From Macrostomum lignano (taxonomy: Eukaryota), in NCBI GenBank assembly GCA_002269645.1, contig NIVC01001959.1, positions 61,670-125,669 on the forward strand: a stretch of DNA of 64,000 nucleotides, read 5' to 3'. Shown here one piece after another: positions 1-32,204 of this stretch (positions are counted from its first letter, which is position 1; every line of letters starts with the position of its first letter). A program made the position numbers and the translations under genes. Under the pieces are notes generated by a model. It searched no databases. It saw only the letters and a program-made list of their open reading frames with translations, and was not told where the DNA came from.

Positions 1-172
1 TATAGGACGATCACGTTTCACTTGGGAACCCCAGGCTGCTGTGCTGTTGTGCCTCGGTTGAACAGATGAAGCTGTGCAGATTCTCAATATCAGTTGGTCT
101 TTTGTAGCTGATGGAGCCATGCCGCACCACTGCTCACTGCATTTTAAATGCGATACACTTTTAATGAAGATG

Positions 173-676
173 GCAGTGATGGGTGACAGTGATGGGGTGA
201 CAGTGATGGGGTGACAGTGATGGGGTGACAGTGATGGGGTGACAGTGATGGGGTGACAGTGATGGGGTGACAGTGATGGGGTGACAGTGATGGGTGACAG
301 TGATGGGGTGACAGTGATGGGGTGACAGTGATGGGGTGACAGTGATGGGGTGACAGTGATGGGGTGACAGTGATGGGGTGACAGTGATGGGGTGACAGTG
401 ATGGGGTGACAGTGATGGGGTGACAGTGATGGGGTGACAGTGATGGGGTGACAGTGATGGGGTGACAGTGATGGGGTGACAGTGATGGGGTGACAGTGAT
501 GGGGTGACAGTGATGGGGTGACAGTGATGGGGTGACAGTGATGGGGTGACAGTGATGGGGTGACAGTGATGGGGTGACAGTGATGGGGTGACAGTGATGG
601 GGTGACAGTGATGGGGTGACAGTGATGGGGTGACAGTGATGGGGTGACAGTGATGGGGTGACAGTGATGGGGTGAC
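173..676. repeat. 15-bp minisatellite (GTGACAGTGATGGGG)n
   Basis: About 33 near-identical units upstream of the cyclase TM exon. Confidence 0.95.
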
Positions 677-766
677 GGGCTGAGAAGGATGTGATGAGAC
701 GCTACTGCACGGGGAACCGAATGCAAGTTTGCAAAGCTGATTGCTTGTGTCTGATTTTCATTCCAG

Positions 767-21050
<20,284 letters not shown>

Positions 21051-21399
21051 CTGCCGGCACCCCCTGACCGCCCGCAACACTGCAGCATTCTCCTTCAAAC
21101 GAGATTCGACACCGGAAAATTCATTTTATTCATGGCTGCCAATTCGAGATGGCTTCTTCGTTTACTTATTCACGCTTAATTCGTAACCAATCAACCTGTG
21201 TTTTGAATTGCGGAACATTTTGTATTATTGATTGATAATTGAAAGTTGCCACTGAAGTTGCGCTTCGTCCAAAAACCCAGAAATGTATGCTTTGCGACAC
21301 ATCGAATAATACTAATGTGAAGAGCAGCGCAACTGCTCACTTATTCCTGTTAAGTTCAGTAAATATTTGCGCTTGCAGAGAGTCTATTGTAATATTAAT

Positions 21400-21405
21400 A
21401 ATAAA
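21400..21405 (+). terminator. Candidate polyadenylation signal (AATAAA) of the cyclase gene
   Basis: 350 nt after the stop codon, in an AT-rich context. Confidence 0.35.
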
Positions 21406-21410
21406 AAGAA

Positions 21411-22194
<784 letters not shown>

Positions 22195-23104
22195 ACACAA
22201 TAACACGCATCACCATGCATTAAGATAGCGTACAGCGATGGGGCATCGACCATCCAGTGAGCTGACGCTGGACTGTCCTCTCCTGACCTCTGGCCTCTGT
22301 CTAAAGGCACCCGTACCTCTCTCTGTACGCAGCCGAGCCTCTCTCCCACTTGGCTTTGTACCGGAGCTCAGCCTCGCTCCCGACCGTGCGTGCAACCCCA
22401 GCCACCCCACAGCTCTTGGCCTCGCTTCAATTCTCTCTCTCAGCCCCTCTCCACTCCGTTCTAATTGTGTCTCGCTCCCACCCTCCACGCCGCGGCTCTT
22501 CTCTTGTATTTAAGACCGGCCTGTTTGCTGGGCCTTTCCCATTTTTCTCTCCATCCAAGCTCACACGATGCAGCTGCAGGCGCAGTGTTAGCTGATTTGT
22601 TCAATAGGCTGCGAGCAGCCCCGGTTAGAAAATGCCAGTCACAGACCAGAGCTGACTGCTCTTAACTGGTTCGTACGTTTGATAGTAAAATTGCCGGCAC
22701 AGTAAGTTCTCTGCTTCTGAAAATACTAGCTCTACACAATAACCCCTCCTCCCCCAGCAACAGGCGTACACGTGTTGCTTTGTGAGGAACTTCAGTCAAA
22801 AGCTTCGCCAAGTCGCGTCTTGATTCCCGCTTCTCTTTCTCACTTCCTGACTCATACTTATGCGAAAAGTGTCGCCCCAATGGTCGCATGGAAAATCCCC
22901 AACGGTTAATGTCAGAGGCGGAGAGGGGTATTTAAATTTAAAAGGCAAGCGTAGCTGGGAAATGCAATGCATTGGAGGAATAACTATTTAGAATAGGGCT
23001 CACAGAGTTGAAAACATCAATCTCTCCTGCTAGAGATTTTGAGCAAACAAACCGACCGAGAGCCTGTTTAATACTCTTATCAACTCTTTATCTGTCATAT
23101 TAGC

Positions 23105-23945
23105 CTACCTGTCGAGTCTTATCAGCTAGCTATCATTAAACACACCTGTTGAGTCTTATCAGCCAGCTATCGTTAAACAAACCTGTCGAGTCTTATCAGC
23201 TAGCTATCATTAAACACACCTGTTGAGTCTTATCAGCCAGCTATCGTTAAACAAACCTGTTGAGTCTTATCAGCCAGCTATCATTAAACACACCTGTTGA
23301 GTCTTATCAGCCAGCTATCATTAAACACACCTATTGAGTCTTATCAGCCAGCTATCATTAAACAGACCTGTTGAATCTTATCAGCCAGCTATCATTAAAC
23401 ACACCTATTGAGTCTTATCAGCCAGCTATCATTAAACACACCTGTTGAGTCTTATCAGCCAGCTATCATTAAACACACCTGTTGAGTCTTATCAGCCAGC
23501 TATCGTTAAACACACCTGTTGAGTCTTATCAGCCAGCTATCATTAAACACACCTATTGAGTCTTATCAGCCAGCTATCATTAAACAGACCTGTTGAATCT
23601 TATCAGCCAGCTATCATTAAACACACCTATTGAGTCTTATCAGCCAGCTATCATTAAACACACCTGTTGAGTCTTATCAGCCAGCTATCATTAAACACAC
23701 CTGTTGAGTCTTATCAGCCAGCTATCATTAAACACACCTGTTGAGTCTTATCAGCCAGCTATCGTTAAACACACCTGTTGAGTCTTATCAGCCAGCTATC
23801 GTTAAACACACCTGTTGAGTCTTATCAGCCAGCTATCGTTAAACACACCTGTTGAGTCTTATCAGCCAGCTATCATTAAACACACCTGTTGAGTCTTATC
23901 AGCCAGCTATCATTAAACACACCTGTTGAATCTTATCAGCTAGCT
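23105..23945. repeat. 37-bp minisatellite (TCTTATCAGCCAGCTATCATTAAACACACCTGTTGAG)n
   Basis: About 22 units, ending ~50 bp before the PPIP5K acceptor. Confidence 0.95.
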
Positions 23946-24004
23946 AACCTCATCTTAGCCTCGCCACATCTGATCTCTCCAATTACCGCTCACAGCCAGA
24001 GATC

Positions 24005-24727
24005 ATGATTCGCCTCGGCCTCTGCGCCATGGATAAGAAAGTGAAGTCGAAGCCCATGACGGCTATCCTCGGCCGGCTGCACCGTTTCGAGCACATCGAG
24101 ATTGTGCCATTCCCGGAGTCCGTCATCCTGAACGAGCCAGTCGACCACTGGCCGGCCGTGGACGCCCTCATCGCGTTCTACTCGCACGGCTTCCCTCTGG
24201 ACAAAGCCATCGCCTACGCTCAGCTCCGCAAGCCGTTTCTGGTCAACGATCTGGCGGCCCAGCGGCTCCTGATGGACCGGCGGCTGGTTTACGAGCGCCT
24301 GCGCGAGCGAGACATCCCTGTGGTGCGCTACGCTGTGCTGCAGCGCTGTGCCAGAAGCACCAGCCAGAATAGTAATAATAATAATAATGATACTAATAAT
24401 AGTAGTAGCAGTAATGACAGTAACAGCAAAGAAAATACGGCGGTAGACGAAGTTGACCGTAGCAGCGAGTCCGCGCTGACAGAATCAGATGATCAGATCA
24501 GCGTGCTCGGCCAGGTGTTTCACAAGCCGTTTGTTGAGAAGCCAATTGATGCCGAGGATCACAACATTAGAATTTATTTTCCCAGCTCAGCTGGCGGCGG
24601 CTGCGTGCAGCTGTTTCGCAAGATTGGCAACTGCAGCAGCGTCTACCTGAGCGGCGAAAGTCGGGTCCGGCGCCAGGGCAGCTTCTTGTACGAAGACTTC
24701 ATGCTCACTGACGGCACGGACATCAAG
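24005..24727 (+). CDS. PPIP5K: PPIP5K exon (kinase N-terminal part)
   Basis: Acceptors at 23995 and 23999 just upstream of the ATG; ends DIK|gttagc. Confidence 0.9.
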
Positions 24728-27700
24728 GTTAGCTGGGCTGGAGTTTGTTGATTAGAGCCTCACATGACCCTCAGGTGAGGCTAATTAGAACCTCACAATA
24801 TGACCCCCAGGTGAGGCTAAAAAGAACCTCACATGACCCTCAGGCTAATTAGAACCTCACAATGCGACCCCCAGGTGAGGCTAATTAGAACCTCACATGA
24901 CCCTCAGGTTTAACGCTGCACATGACCCACAGGTGAAGCTAATTAGAACCTCATATGACCCTCAGGTACTTAGAACCTCGCATGACCCTCAGGCTAATTA
25001 GAACCTCACAATGCGACCCTCAGGTAAGGTTGATTGGAATCTCATATGACCCCCAGGTGAGGCTAATTAGAACCTCACATGACCCTCTGGCTTAACGCTG
25101 CACATGACCCTCTGGCTTAACGCTGCACATGACCCACAGGTGAAGCTAACTAGAACCTCATATGACCATCAGATGAGGCTACCAACCCCAAGGACTCTCA
25201 TATGAGACTATTTAGAACTTTAATACAGCCTCAGAATAAGCTAGCAACCCCACGTGACCCTCAGCTTAGGCAGAATCAGTATTTCTTCAAGTACGGACGC
25301 ATAAATTGCAATCCAAATTTAGCGCGGAATTCCCGCATACAAAGTGAAGTTCAGACAAACAGGTGTTCACATGCCCGGGCAACCAGCATCTCTCCAGTCT
25401 GTTTCGCACAGCAGGCGCTATGAAAAAAACCCCAAAAATATTTTCCACAATCGAGTTTGCGTACTTTTGACTTTGAACCAGCAGTGGAAGTGGCTGTTGC
25501 CGGTTTGCTGCTATGCAAATGCAGTCGGGTCGCTGCCCCCCCCGCTGTGATGCTACAATTTCCAGTTGGAAAATTATTGTAAACTTGATACTTTCAATCG
25601 CATGCCAGTCGGGCTGGTGAATACAAACTGGCTTGCACTGTCATCGAGGGCTAATCTGCTTGGCTCTGATAACGCAAACAAACTTCCAAGTTTAACGCTC
25701 TAACCGCCTTGCCCAGGTGTACGCCATCGGCAAGGACTACGCTCACGCCGAGGCCCGAAAGTCGCCAGCACTGGATGGCAAAGTGGAGCGCGACCCGGAG
25801 GGCAAGGAGATGCGCTGCCCAATCATACTCACCGCCAGGGAGAAAATTATCGCCAAGAAGGTATTTCTCACTTGACTAATTCTACCATATATTGTATATG
25901 TCTCAGCATACTTTTCACTCACTACTGAGTCTAAGTAGCCAGTTTGGATTGTACATACTGAAAAACTCACTTGTCCGATGGCTCACTAGTCTAAATCAGG
26001 GTCTCTATTCGGCCCTCGGGTCCTTTGAAAAATTAACAATAGCAATCCGCCACGCTCAAGGTTTGTGTCTTTTCTCAGGTCTTTTCTCTCTAATCTCCTC
26101 TCTTCTCTCTTCTCCTCCTCTCGTCTCCTCTCGTCTCCTCTCTCCTCTCCTCTCTCCTCTCTTTTCTCCTCCTCTCGTCTCCTCTCGTCTCCTCTCTCCT
26201 CTCCTCCCTCCTCTCCTCTCGTCTCCTCTCCTCCTCTCTCTCATCGGCTCCCCCCTTCTCGTCTCTCCTCTCCTCTCTCCTCTCCTCTCTCCTCTCCTCT
26301 CTCCTCTCCTCTCTCCTCTCCTCTCTCCTCTCCTCTCTCCTCTCCTCTCTCCTCTCCTCTCTCCTCTCCTCACTCCTCTCCTCTCCTCACTCCTCTCCTC
26401 TCCTCTCTCCTCCCCTCTCCTCTCTCCTCTCCTCCCCTCTCCTCTCTCCTCTCCTCCCCTCTCCTCTCTCCTCTCCTCTCCACTCCTCTTCTCTCCTCTC
26501 CTCTCCTCTCCTCTCCTCTCCTCTCCTCTCCTCTCCTCTCCTCTCCTCTCCTCTCCTCTCCTCTCCTCTACTCTCCTCTCTCCTCTCCTCTCTCCTCTCC
26601 TCCCCTCTCCTCTCTCCTCTCCTCCCCTCTCCTCTCTCCTCTCCTCCCCTCTCCTCTCTCCTCTCCTCCCCTCTCCTCTCTCCTCTCCTCCCTCTCCTCT
26701 CTCCTCTCCTCTCTCCTCCCCTCTCCTCTCTCCTCTCCTCCCCTCTCCTCTCTCCTCTCCTCCCCTCTCCTCTCTCCTCTCCTCTCCACTCCTCTTCCCT
26801 TCTCTCCTCTCCTCTACTCTCCTCTCTCCTCTCCTCTCTCCTCTCTCTCCTCTCCTCTCTCCTCTCCCCTCTCCTCTCCTCCCCTCTCCTCCTGTCGATG
26901 CAAAAACTTTATACTATTATTATTATAATATATCTTTCACCTGACCCATTACAGGTGGTGGAAGCCTTCAGCCAGACCGTATGCGGCTTCGACTTGCTGC
27001 GCACCAACGACGCTTCCTACGTCTGCGACGTCAACGGCTTCAGTTTCGTGAAGAGCTCAGAGAAATACTACGACGACTTCGCCTACATTCTGGGCGTCAT
27101 GGTGACGCAAGCCATTGCGCCATCCTTATCGCTGTCCATCAGCTATCCGACCATGGACAAGCCGCCGCTCATCCTCACCACCTTCGGCACCGTCATGGAG
27201 CTGCGCTGCGTCGTGGCGGTCATCCGGCACGGCGATCGAACGCCCAAGCAGAAGCTGAAGATGCCCGTCTACAACGCGGCTTTCCACCGGCTGTTTCAGC
27301 GCCACCGGGCCGGCCCGAAGGCTGTCGATGTGAAACTGAAGAAGCCGGCCGCACTGCAGGAGCTGCTGGACATCGCCAGGGAGCTGCTGGTGCAGCTGCC
27401 GACAACCGCTGGCGCCGCTGCTGCTGACGGGGAGGAAGAGAAGCCGAGAGAGAATCGGCTGAAACTGGAGCAGCTGCGGCAGGTGAGAATGCGGTGGGGA
27501 CTCCTGATAGCCCCCTGTCCCCTGCTAGCCCCCCTGTCCCCTGCTAGCCTCCCTGTCCCCTGCTAGCCTCCCTGTCCCCTGCTAGCCCCCCTGTCCCCTG
27601 CTAGCCCCCCTGTCCCCTTCTAGCCCCTGTACCCTTCTAGCCCCTGTCCCCTGCTAGACCCCCTGTCCCCTGCTAGACCCCCTGTCCCCTGCTAGCCCCC

Positions 27701-30700
27701 CTGTCCCCTTCTAGCCCCTGTCCCCTGCTAGACCCCCTGTCCCCTGCTAGCCCCCTGTCCCCTTCTAGCCCCTGTACCCTTCTAGCCCTGTCCCCTGCTA
27801 GACCCCCTGTCCCCTGCTAGCCCCCTGTCCCCTGCTAGCCCCCTGTCCCCTTCTAGCCCCTGTACCCTTCTAGCCCCTGTCCCCTGCTAGACCCCCTGTC
27901 CCCTGCTAGCCCCCCTGTCCCCTGCTAGCCCCCCTGTCCCCTTCTAGCCCCTGTACCCTTCTAGCCCCTGTCCCCTGCTAGACCCCCTGTCCCCTGCTAG
28001 CCCCCTGTCCCCTGCTAGCCCCCCTGTCCCCTGTTAGACCCCCTGTCTTCTGCTAGCCCCTGTCCCCTAGGTAGCCCCTGTCCCCTGCTAGCCCCTGTCC
28101 CCTGCTAGCCCCCCTGTCCCCTGCTAGCCGGGTGTCCCCAGCTAGCCCCCTGTCCCCTGCTAGCCCCCCTGTCCCCTGCTAGCTCCCCTGTCCCCTGCTA
28201 GCCGGGTGTCCCTTGCTAGCCCCCCTGTCCCCAGCTAGCCCCCTGTCCCCTGCTAGCCGGGTGTCCCCAGCTAGCCCCTGTCCACTACTAGCCCCCCTGT
28301 CCCCTACTAGCCCCCCTGTCCACTACTAGCCCCCTGTCCACTACTAGCCCCCTGTCCACTACTAGCCTCCCTGTCCACTACTAGCCCCCTGTCCACTACT
28401 AGCCCCCCTGTCCACTACTAGCCCCCCTGTCCACTACTAGCCCCCTGTCCACTACTAGCCCCCGTGTCGCCTCTTGGACTCCTGCCCTACTAGCAACTCT
28501 GTCACCCACGTAAATATCACCTGCAGCCCAAAGCCCAATGCTGTTTAGTTTACAAACTCTTTCAACTCTCCTAGGTGCTGGAGCGGCACGGCAGGTTCCG
28601 GGGCATCAATCGCAAGGCTCAGCTTAAACTGCTTTCTCCGCCACCCACCTCTGGCGACGCCAGAGGTTCCGCCTCCGAGTCCGCGGTCAAGCCGTCCAGT
28701 CCCCTCCTGCTGGTGCTCAAGTGGGGCGGCGAGCTCACCCAGGAGGGCCGGGAGCAGGCGGAACGGCTCGGCAGGGCCTTCAGGTGAGACTCAGCCAAAG
28801 GACGGCTTAAGTAGAAAGACGGGAAACTTCGTTTCTTAGAATTTTTTGGCTCCTGAGTTTCATGCGAAGATGCACAACGGAGATAGGAAAATTCTCTAGA
28901 GAAAGCATAGCGCTTAGTGAGGTTTGGCCATAGACATAATTGGTCGAGAAAAATGTGATTTTTTAATGCAATTGCGATACTACAAATATTCTAGCTCACT
29001 TCTAAGAAAACCGAGTGGTCAGGGGCGTCGCCATGGATTTTATGGTGGGGGGGGCAAAGCCAAATATTTATAGATATACATGTACAAGACTAAATTCTTA
29101 CATGTACATTATTTTCAGAATCAATGTTGTCAGCACTCATTTTAGCGCCGCAGACACTCACTTTAGCGCCGCAGACACTCATTTTAGCGCCGCAGGCACC
29201 CATTTTAACGCCGCAGGCACTCATTTTAGCGCCCCTGTCCCCCCGTTGGCGACGCCCCTGCGAGTGGTAGCGTCCTGCTACGAGTAATTCAGTTGTCGAT
29301 GACGATCACCCACTCTGAATAAAGTTGAAAACATGATTTTTTAGCAAAAATCCCACAATCAAACCAAAGTCCCAAAACACTCCAGGGTGATCTACCCGGG
29401 TGGCGAGAGCTACTCGCAGCAGGACGGGCTGGGCCTGCTGCGCCTGCACTCAACCTACCGGCACGATCTGAAAATCTACGCCAGCGACGAGGGCCGAGTC
29501 CAGACAACGGCTGCCGCCTTTGCCAAGGGCTTCCTCGATCTGGAGGGCCCGCTGACGCCTATCCTGGTGCAGATGGTGAAATCCGCGAACACTGACGGCC
29601 TGCTGGACTCCGGGGCGAGCGAGTGGCGCCGGTTCATGGCCGTGGTGAAGGCACGGATCCAGGCCTGTCTGAGCTGCGACCGCGAATGGAACGAGGCGGA
29701 CCTGCAGCGCATCGCGCCAACCGGGGCCACCTCGGTGTTGAGGGCGATGTACCGCATTGGCAATCCGGCCAGAGCCTGCAAGAGAATGAGCGCCTGTATG
29801 GAGGCGATCTGCGGCAAGTTGGCGCAGCTGGCAGAGCATCAGCAGCAGCAGCACCAGAAGCTACTCTACCACGGAGAAAGCATAGACCTGGCCTTGGGAC
29901 GATGGCGCAAGCTGGCCAAGGACTTTCACCAATCGAACGTTTGTCCAACCGGCGACGCGGTCAACGGGGAGTCCAGATTCGCCTTCTCCAAAGTGCCAGA
30001 CATCTACGACAACATCAAGTACGACCTGCTGCACAATCAGGAGCATTTCGCCGACCTTTCACAAGCCAAGGAGCTGTACCTGCTGGCCAAAAACATGGCC
30101 GACATTGTCGTGCCCAGCGAATATGGCATCACAAGAGAGGAGAAGCTGGCCATTGCGGAGCAGGTGTGCAGCCCGTTGCTAAGGAAAATACTGGCCGACA
30201 CACAGTACACCAGCAACCTGGACTTTGACGAGTGCGGCAGTACCAGACTGAACACTGAGTGAGTCAAGACATTCCGGATGTGAAATTATGGCTTCATAAC
30301 TTCAAGACACTTTAAGGTTTCGCTTGATATCACTAGGATGTTTTCGGGTCTGGGTAAACAGATTTAAGATTTTAAGATGCTGGAAGATCTCGATAAACAC
30401 GATGGCTCAAGATGCTTCACAAACGTGACAGCAAACCTCAGCCGCCCCATCCTAAACCGTTAAATCGCAGTTACTCATTAAATGTGGCCTCACCTGAGCG
30501 GTTCGTGCGCACCAGGCTCTACTTCACCTCGGAGTCGCACCTGCACACCCTGCTAGCTGCTCTGCGCTTCGGCGGCCTGGCCAACGCGGCCTCAGACGAG
30601 CAGTGGGCCCGGGCGCTGGAGTTCTGCGACTCGGTGCCGGAGCTGGGCTACCTCACCCAGATCGTGTTCATGATCTACGAGGACCCGACCCAGACCACCG

Positions 30701-31484
30701 GCTCCCGAGGCCGCTACCACGTGGAGCTGCACCTGTCCCCAGGCAACGTCTATCGATCCTTGCCCGTTCTGGAAGAAGAAGCTGTGCAGACCGTGCAGAC
30801 TCCGCCTCAGCCTCAGCCGCCCCCGCCGGCTTCTCCATCGGATCCGCCCGTGGTTCGAGTGGGACGATTTGAGATGTCGCGAACGGCGGAGTTGCCGACG
30901 CAGCCGCAGCCGCCGCCGTTGCCTGCGCAATTTGAAGCGACCGCTGGCGGTGAGAGCTCCGAGGGCCAAAGTTCGAATCCCAGTTACATTTATAATATAA
31001 AAATCGCCAGGGTTTTACGGTCGGAATTTCAGCTGCTAGTTGGCAACTGTGGTTCAAAATCCAGTTGCCGAAGCTCATCTTCATCTTTAGAATTTTTAAA
31101 AATGAGAAAGATTCACGGCTAGTAACTTTCGATCGTTTTGACATTTTAACTAGCTAAAATATAATTGATTGTTGATCGGGATCCACTCTCCTCTAGGCAT
31201 GGGTTCTAAGTCCACTAAACTCCCGAAACTCGGCTGATAAAAGACGTTTAAATTAAATTAAAAGCCAATTTTTCAGCTCTTGAAGCTATATTTTAATACT
31301 AAAATACGAAGCTAGCTGTGCTTCAGTTAATTTCACCCCGAACATCGCCTGTCCAGGCACAGCCATGCGTCACCGGCAGAACACCTGGTCTCACCGGCAG
31401 CTGCGCAAGGGGCCCGCGTTAGACGATGCTGTCAAAACTGATTGGACACCACAACAGGAGCAGAAGCAGCAGCAACAGCAGCTT

Positions 31485-31519
<35 letters not shown>

Positions 31520-32204
31520 GCAACAGCAACAACAACAACAGCAGCAACAGCAGCGAACCATCAGCGAGAGCGAGTTGACTCCTGAGTTGTCCTTCAACTA
31601 CGGAACCTATCACGGGTCGGAAGACCTTCGACGTATTTTCGGCAACATCATCCCCAAGTCTCTGTTGAGGCCAGGTGAGAACAATCTGTAGGTACGAAGT
31701 GTCATCGAGACTTCACAATGTCAAAGTGCACTCCTGCGTCAGTGCTCATGGGTCAGCGGAATCGACATGCCTTATTCAATAAGCGCTATAAGTTACCGTT
31801 GCAAACCATCTAACGAGCGAATCTCCTCTCTATGCATTCCAGGCCCCTCAGCAAGCGCCTATTCCAGGAACCTCATCTCCACCAGCCTCATCCGCGGCTC
31901 CGACCCGGACGTTCAGCCGGCCGAGCAGTCCGCCTTCAAGTCCGTCGCTTCCTTCGCCACGGCTCCATCGTTGTCGTCTTCGCCGACAGCCAGCGACGGA
32001 GCGGCGACCATCACAGCTGGCGGAGTCGAGCAGACGAAGCAGCTGGCCGCCGCGCCGCGGGTTCCAGAGATTTATCCGCTGGAGACGCTGCACAACTCGC
32101 TCACTCTGCACCAGCTGGAGGCCTTCCTGCACACCTTTACCAGCGGCCAGCTGCGCGCGCCCTGCACCAGCCGGAGCCAGTCCTGCCACTCCGACACCAA
32201 CTGA
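24005..32204 (+). CDS. PPIP5K: Inositol hexakisphosphate/diphosphoinositol-pentakisphosphate kinase (PPIP5K/VIP1): ATP-grasp kinase plus histidine acid phosphatase domain
   Basis: Exons 24005-24727, 25717-25860, 26955-27482, 28575-28783, 29386-30258, 30471-30949, 31357-31674, 31843-32204 total 3636 nt in one frame. Motifs: [108 protein letters not shown]. The true start may include a short upstream exon. Confidence 0.95.
24755..25270. repeat. Degenerate ~33-bp repeat (GAACCTCACATGACCCTCAGGTGAGGCTAATTA)
   Basis: Direct reading, intronic. Confidence 0.8.
25717..25860 (+). CDS. PPIP5K: PPIP5K exon
   Basis: cccag|GTG TAC; [17 protein letters not shown]; |gtattt. Confidence 0.93.
26085..26892. 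repeat. CT-rich low-complexity tract (CTCCT/CTCT)n
   Basis: Direct reading. Confidence 0.95.
26955..27482 (+). CDS. PPIP5K: PPIP5K exon (end of kinase, RHGDRTP phosphatase motif)
   Basis: ttacag|GTG; |gtgaga. Confidence 0.93.
27505..28470. repeat. ~18-bp minisatellite (CCCCCTGTCCCCTGCTAG)n
   Basis: Direct reading, intronic. Confidence 0.93.
28575..28783 (+). CDS. PPIP5K: PPIP5K exon
   Basis: cctag|GTG CTG; [18 protein letters not shown]; |gtgaga. Confidence 0.93.
29020..29260. mobile_element. hAT-type MITE, 241 bp, in a PPIP5K intron
   Basis: Perfect 14-bp TIRs CAGGGGCGTCGCCA (29020-29033) / TGGCGACGCCCCTG (29247-29260); perfect 8-bp TSD CGAGTGGT (29012-29019, 29261-29268); internal 21-bp tandem repeat. 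Confidence 0.9.
29386..30258 (+). CDS. PPIP5K: PPIP5K exon (phosphatase domain)
   Basis: tccag|G GTG ATC; [35 protein letters not shown]; |gtgagt. Confidence 0.94.
30471..30949 (+). CDS. PPIP5K: PPIP5K exon
   Basis: tcgcag|T TAC; [17 protein letters not shown]; donor g|gtgaga is in phase with 31357. Confidence 0.85.
31357..31674 (+). CDS. PPIP5K: PPIP5K exon (disordered region with polyQ)
   Basis: gtccag|GC ... |gtgaga; phase 1 on both sides. Confidence 0.75.
31843..32204 (+). CDS. PPIP5K: PPIP5K last exon
   Basis: ttccag|GC; [34 protein letters not shown], then TGA. Confidence 0.85.

Noticed and set aside
108-182. Possible extra cyclase exon (tttgtag|...DGAMPHHCSLHFKCDTLLMKMAVM g|gtgaca), phase-compatible with 767
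   Set aside because: Only weak resemblance to the PxDxPxCGF hinge, and the donor lies inside the minisatellite; needs cDNA
25861-26954. GTATTT donor as a U12-type intron
   Set aside because: Does not match GTATCCTT and there is no U12 branch site
30945-30990. tRNA/SINE B-box-like GTTCGAATCCC
   Set aside because: No T-stem pairing or cloverleaf
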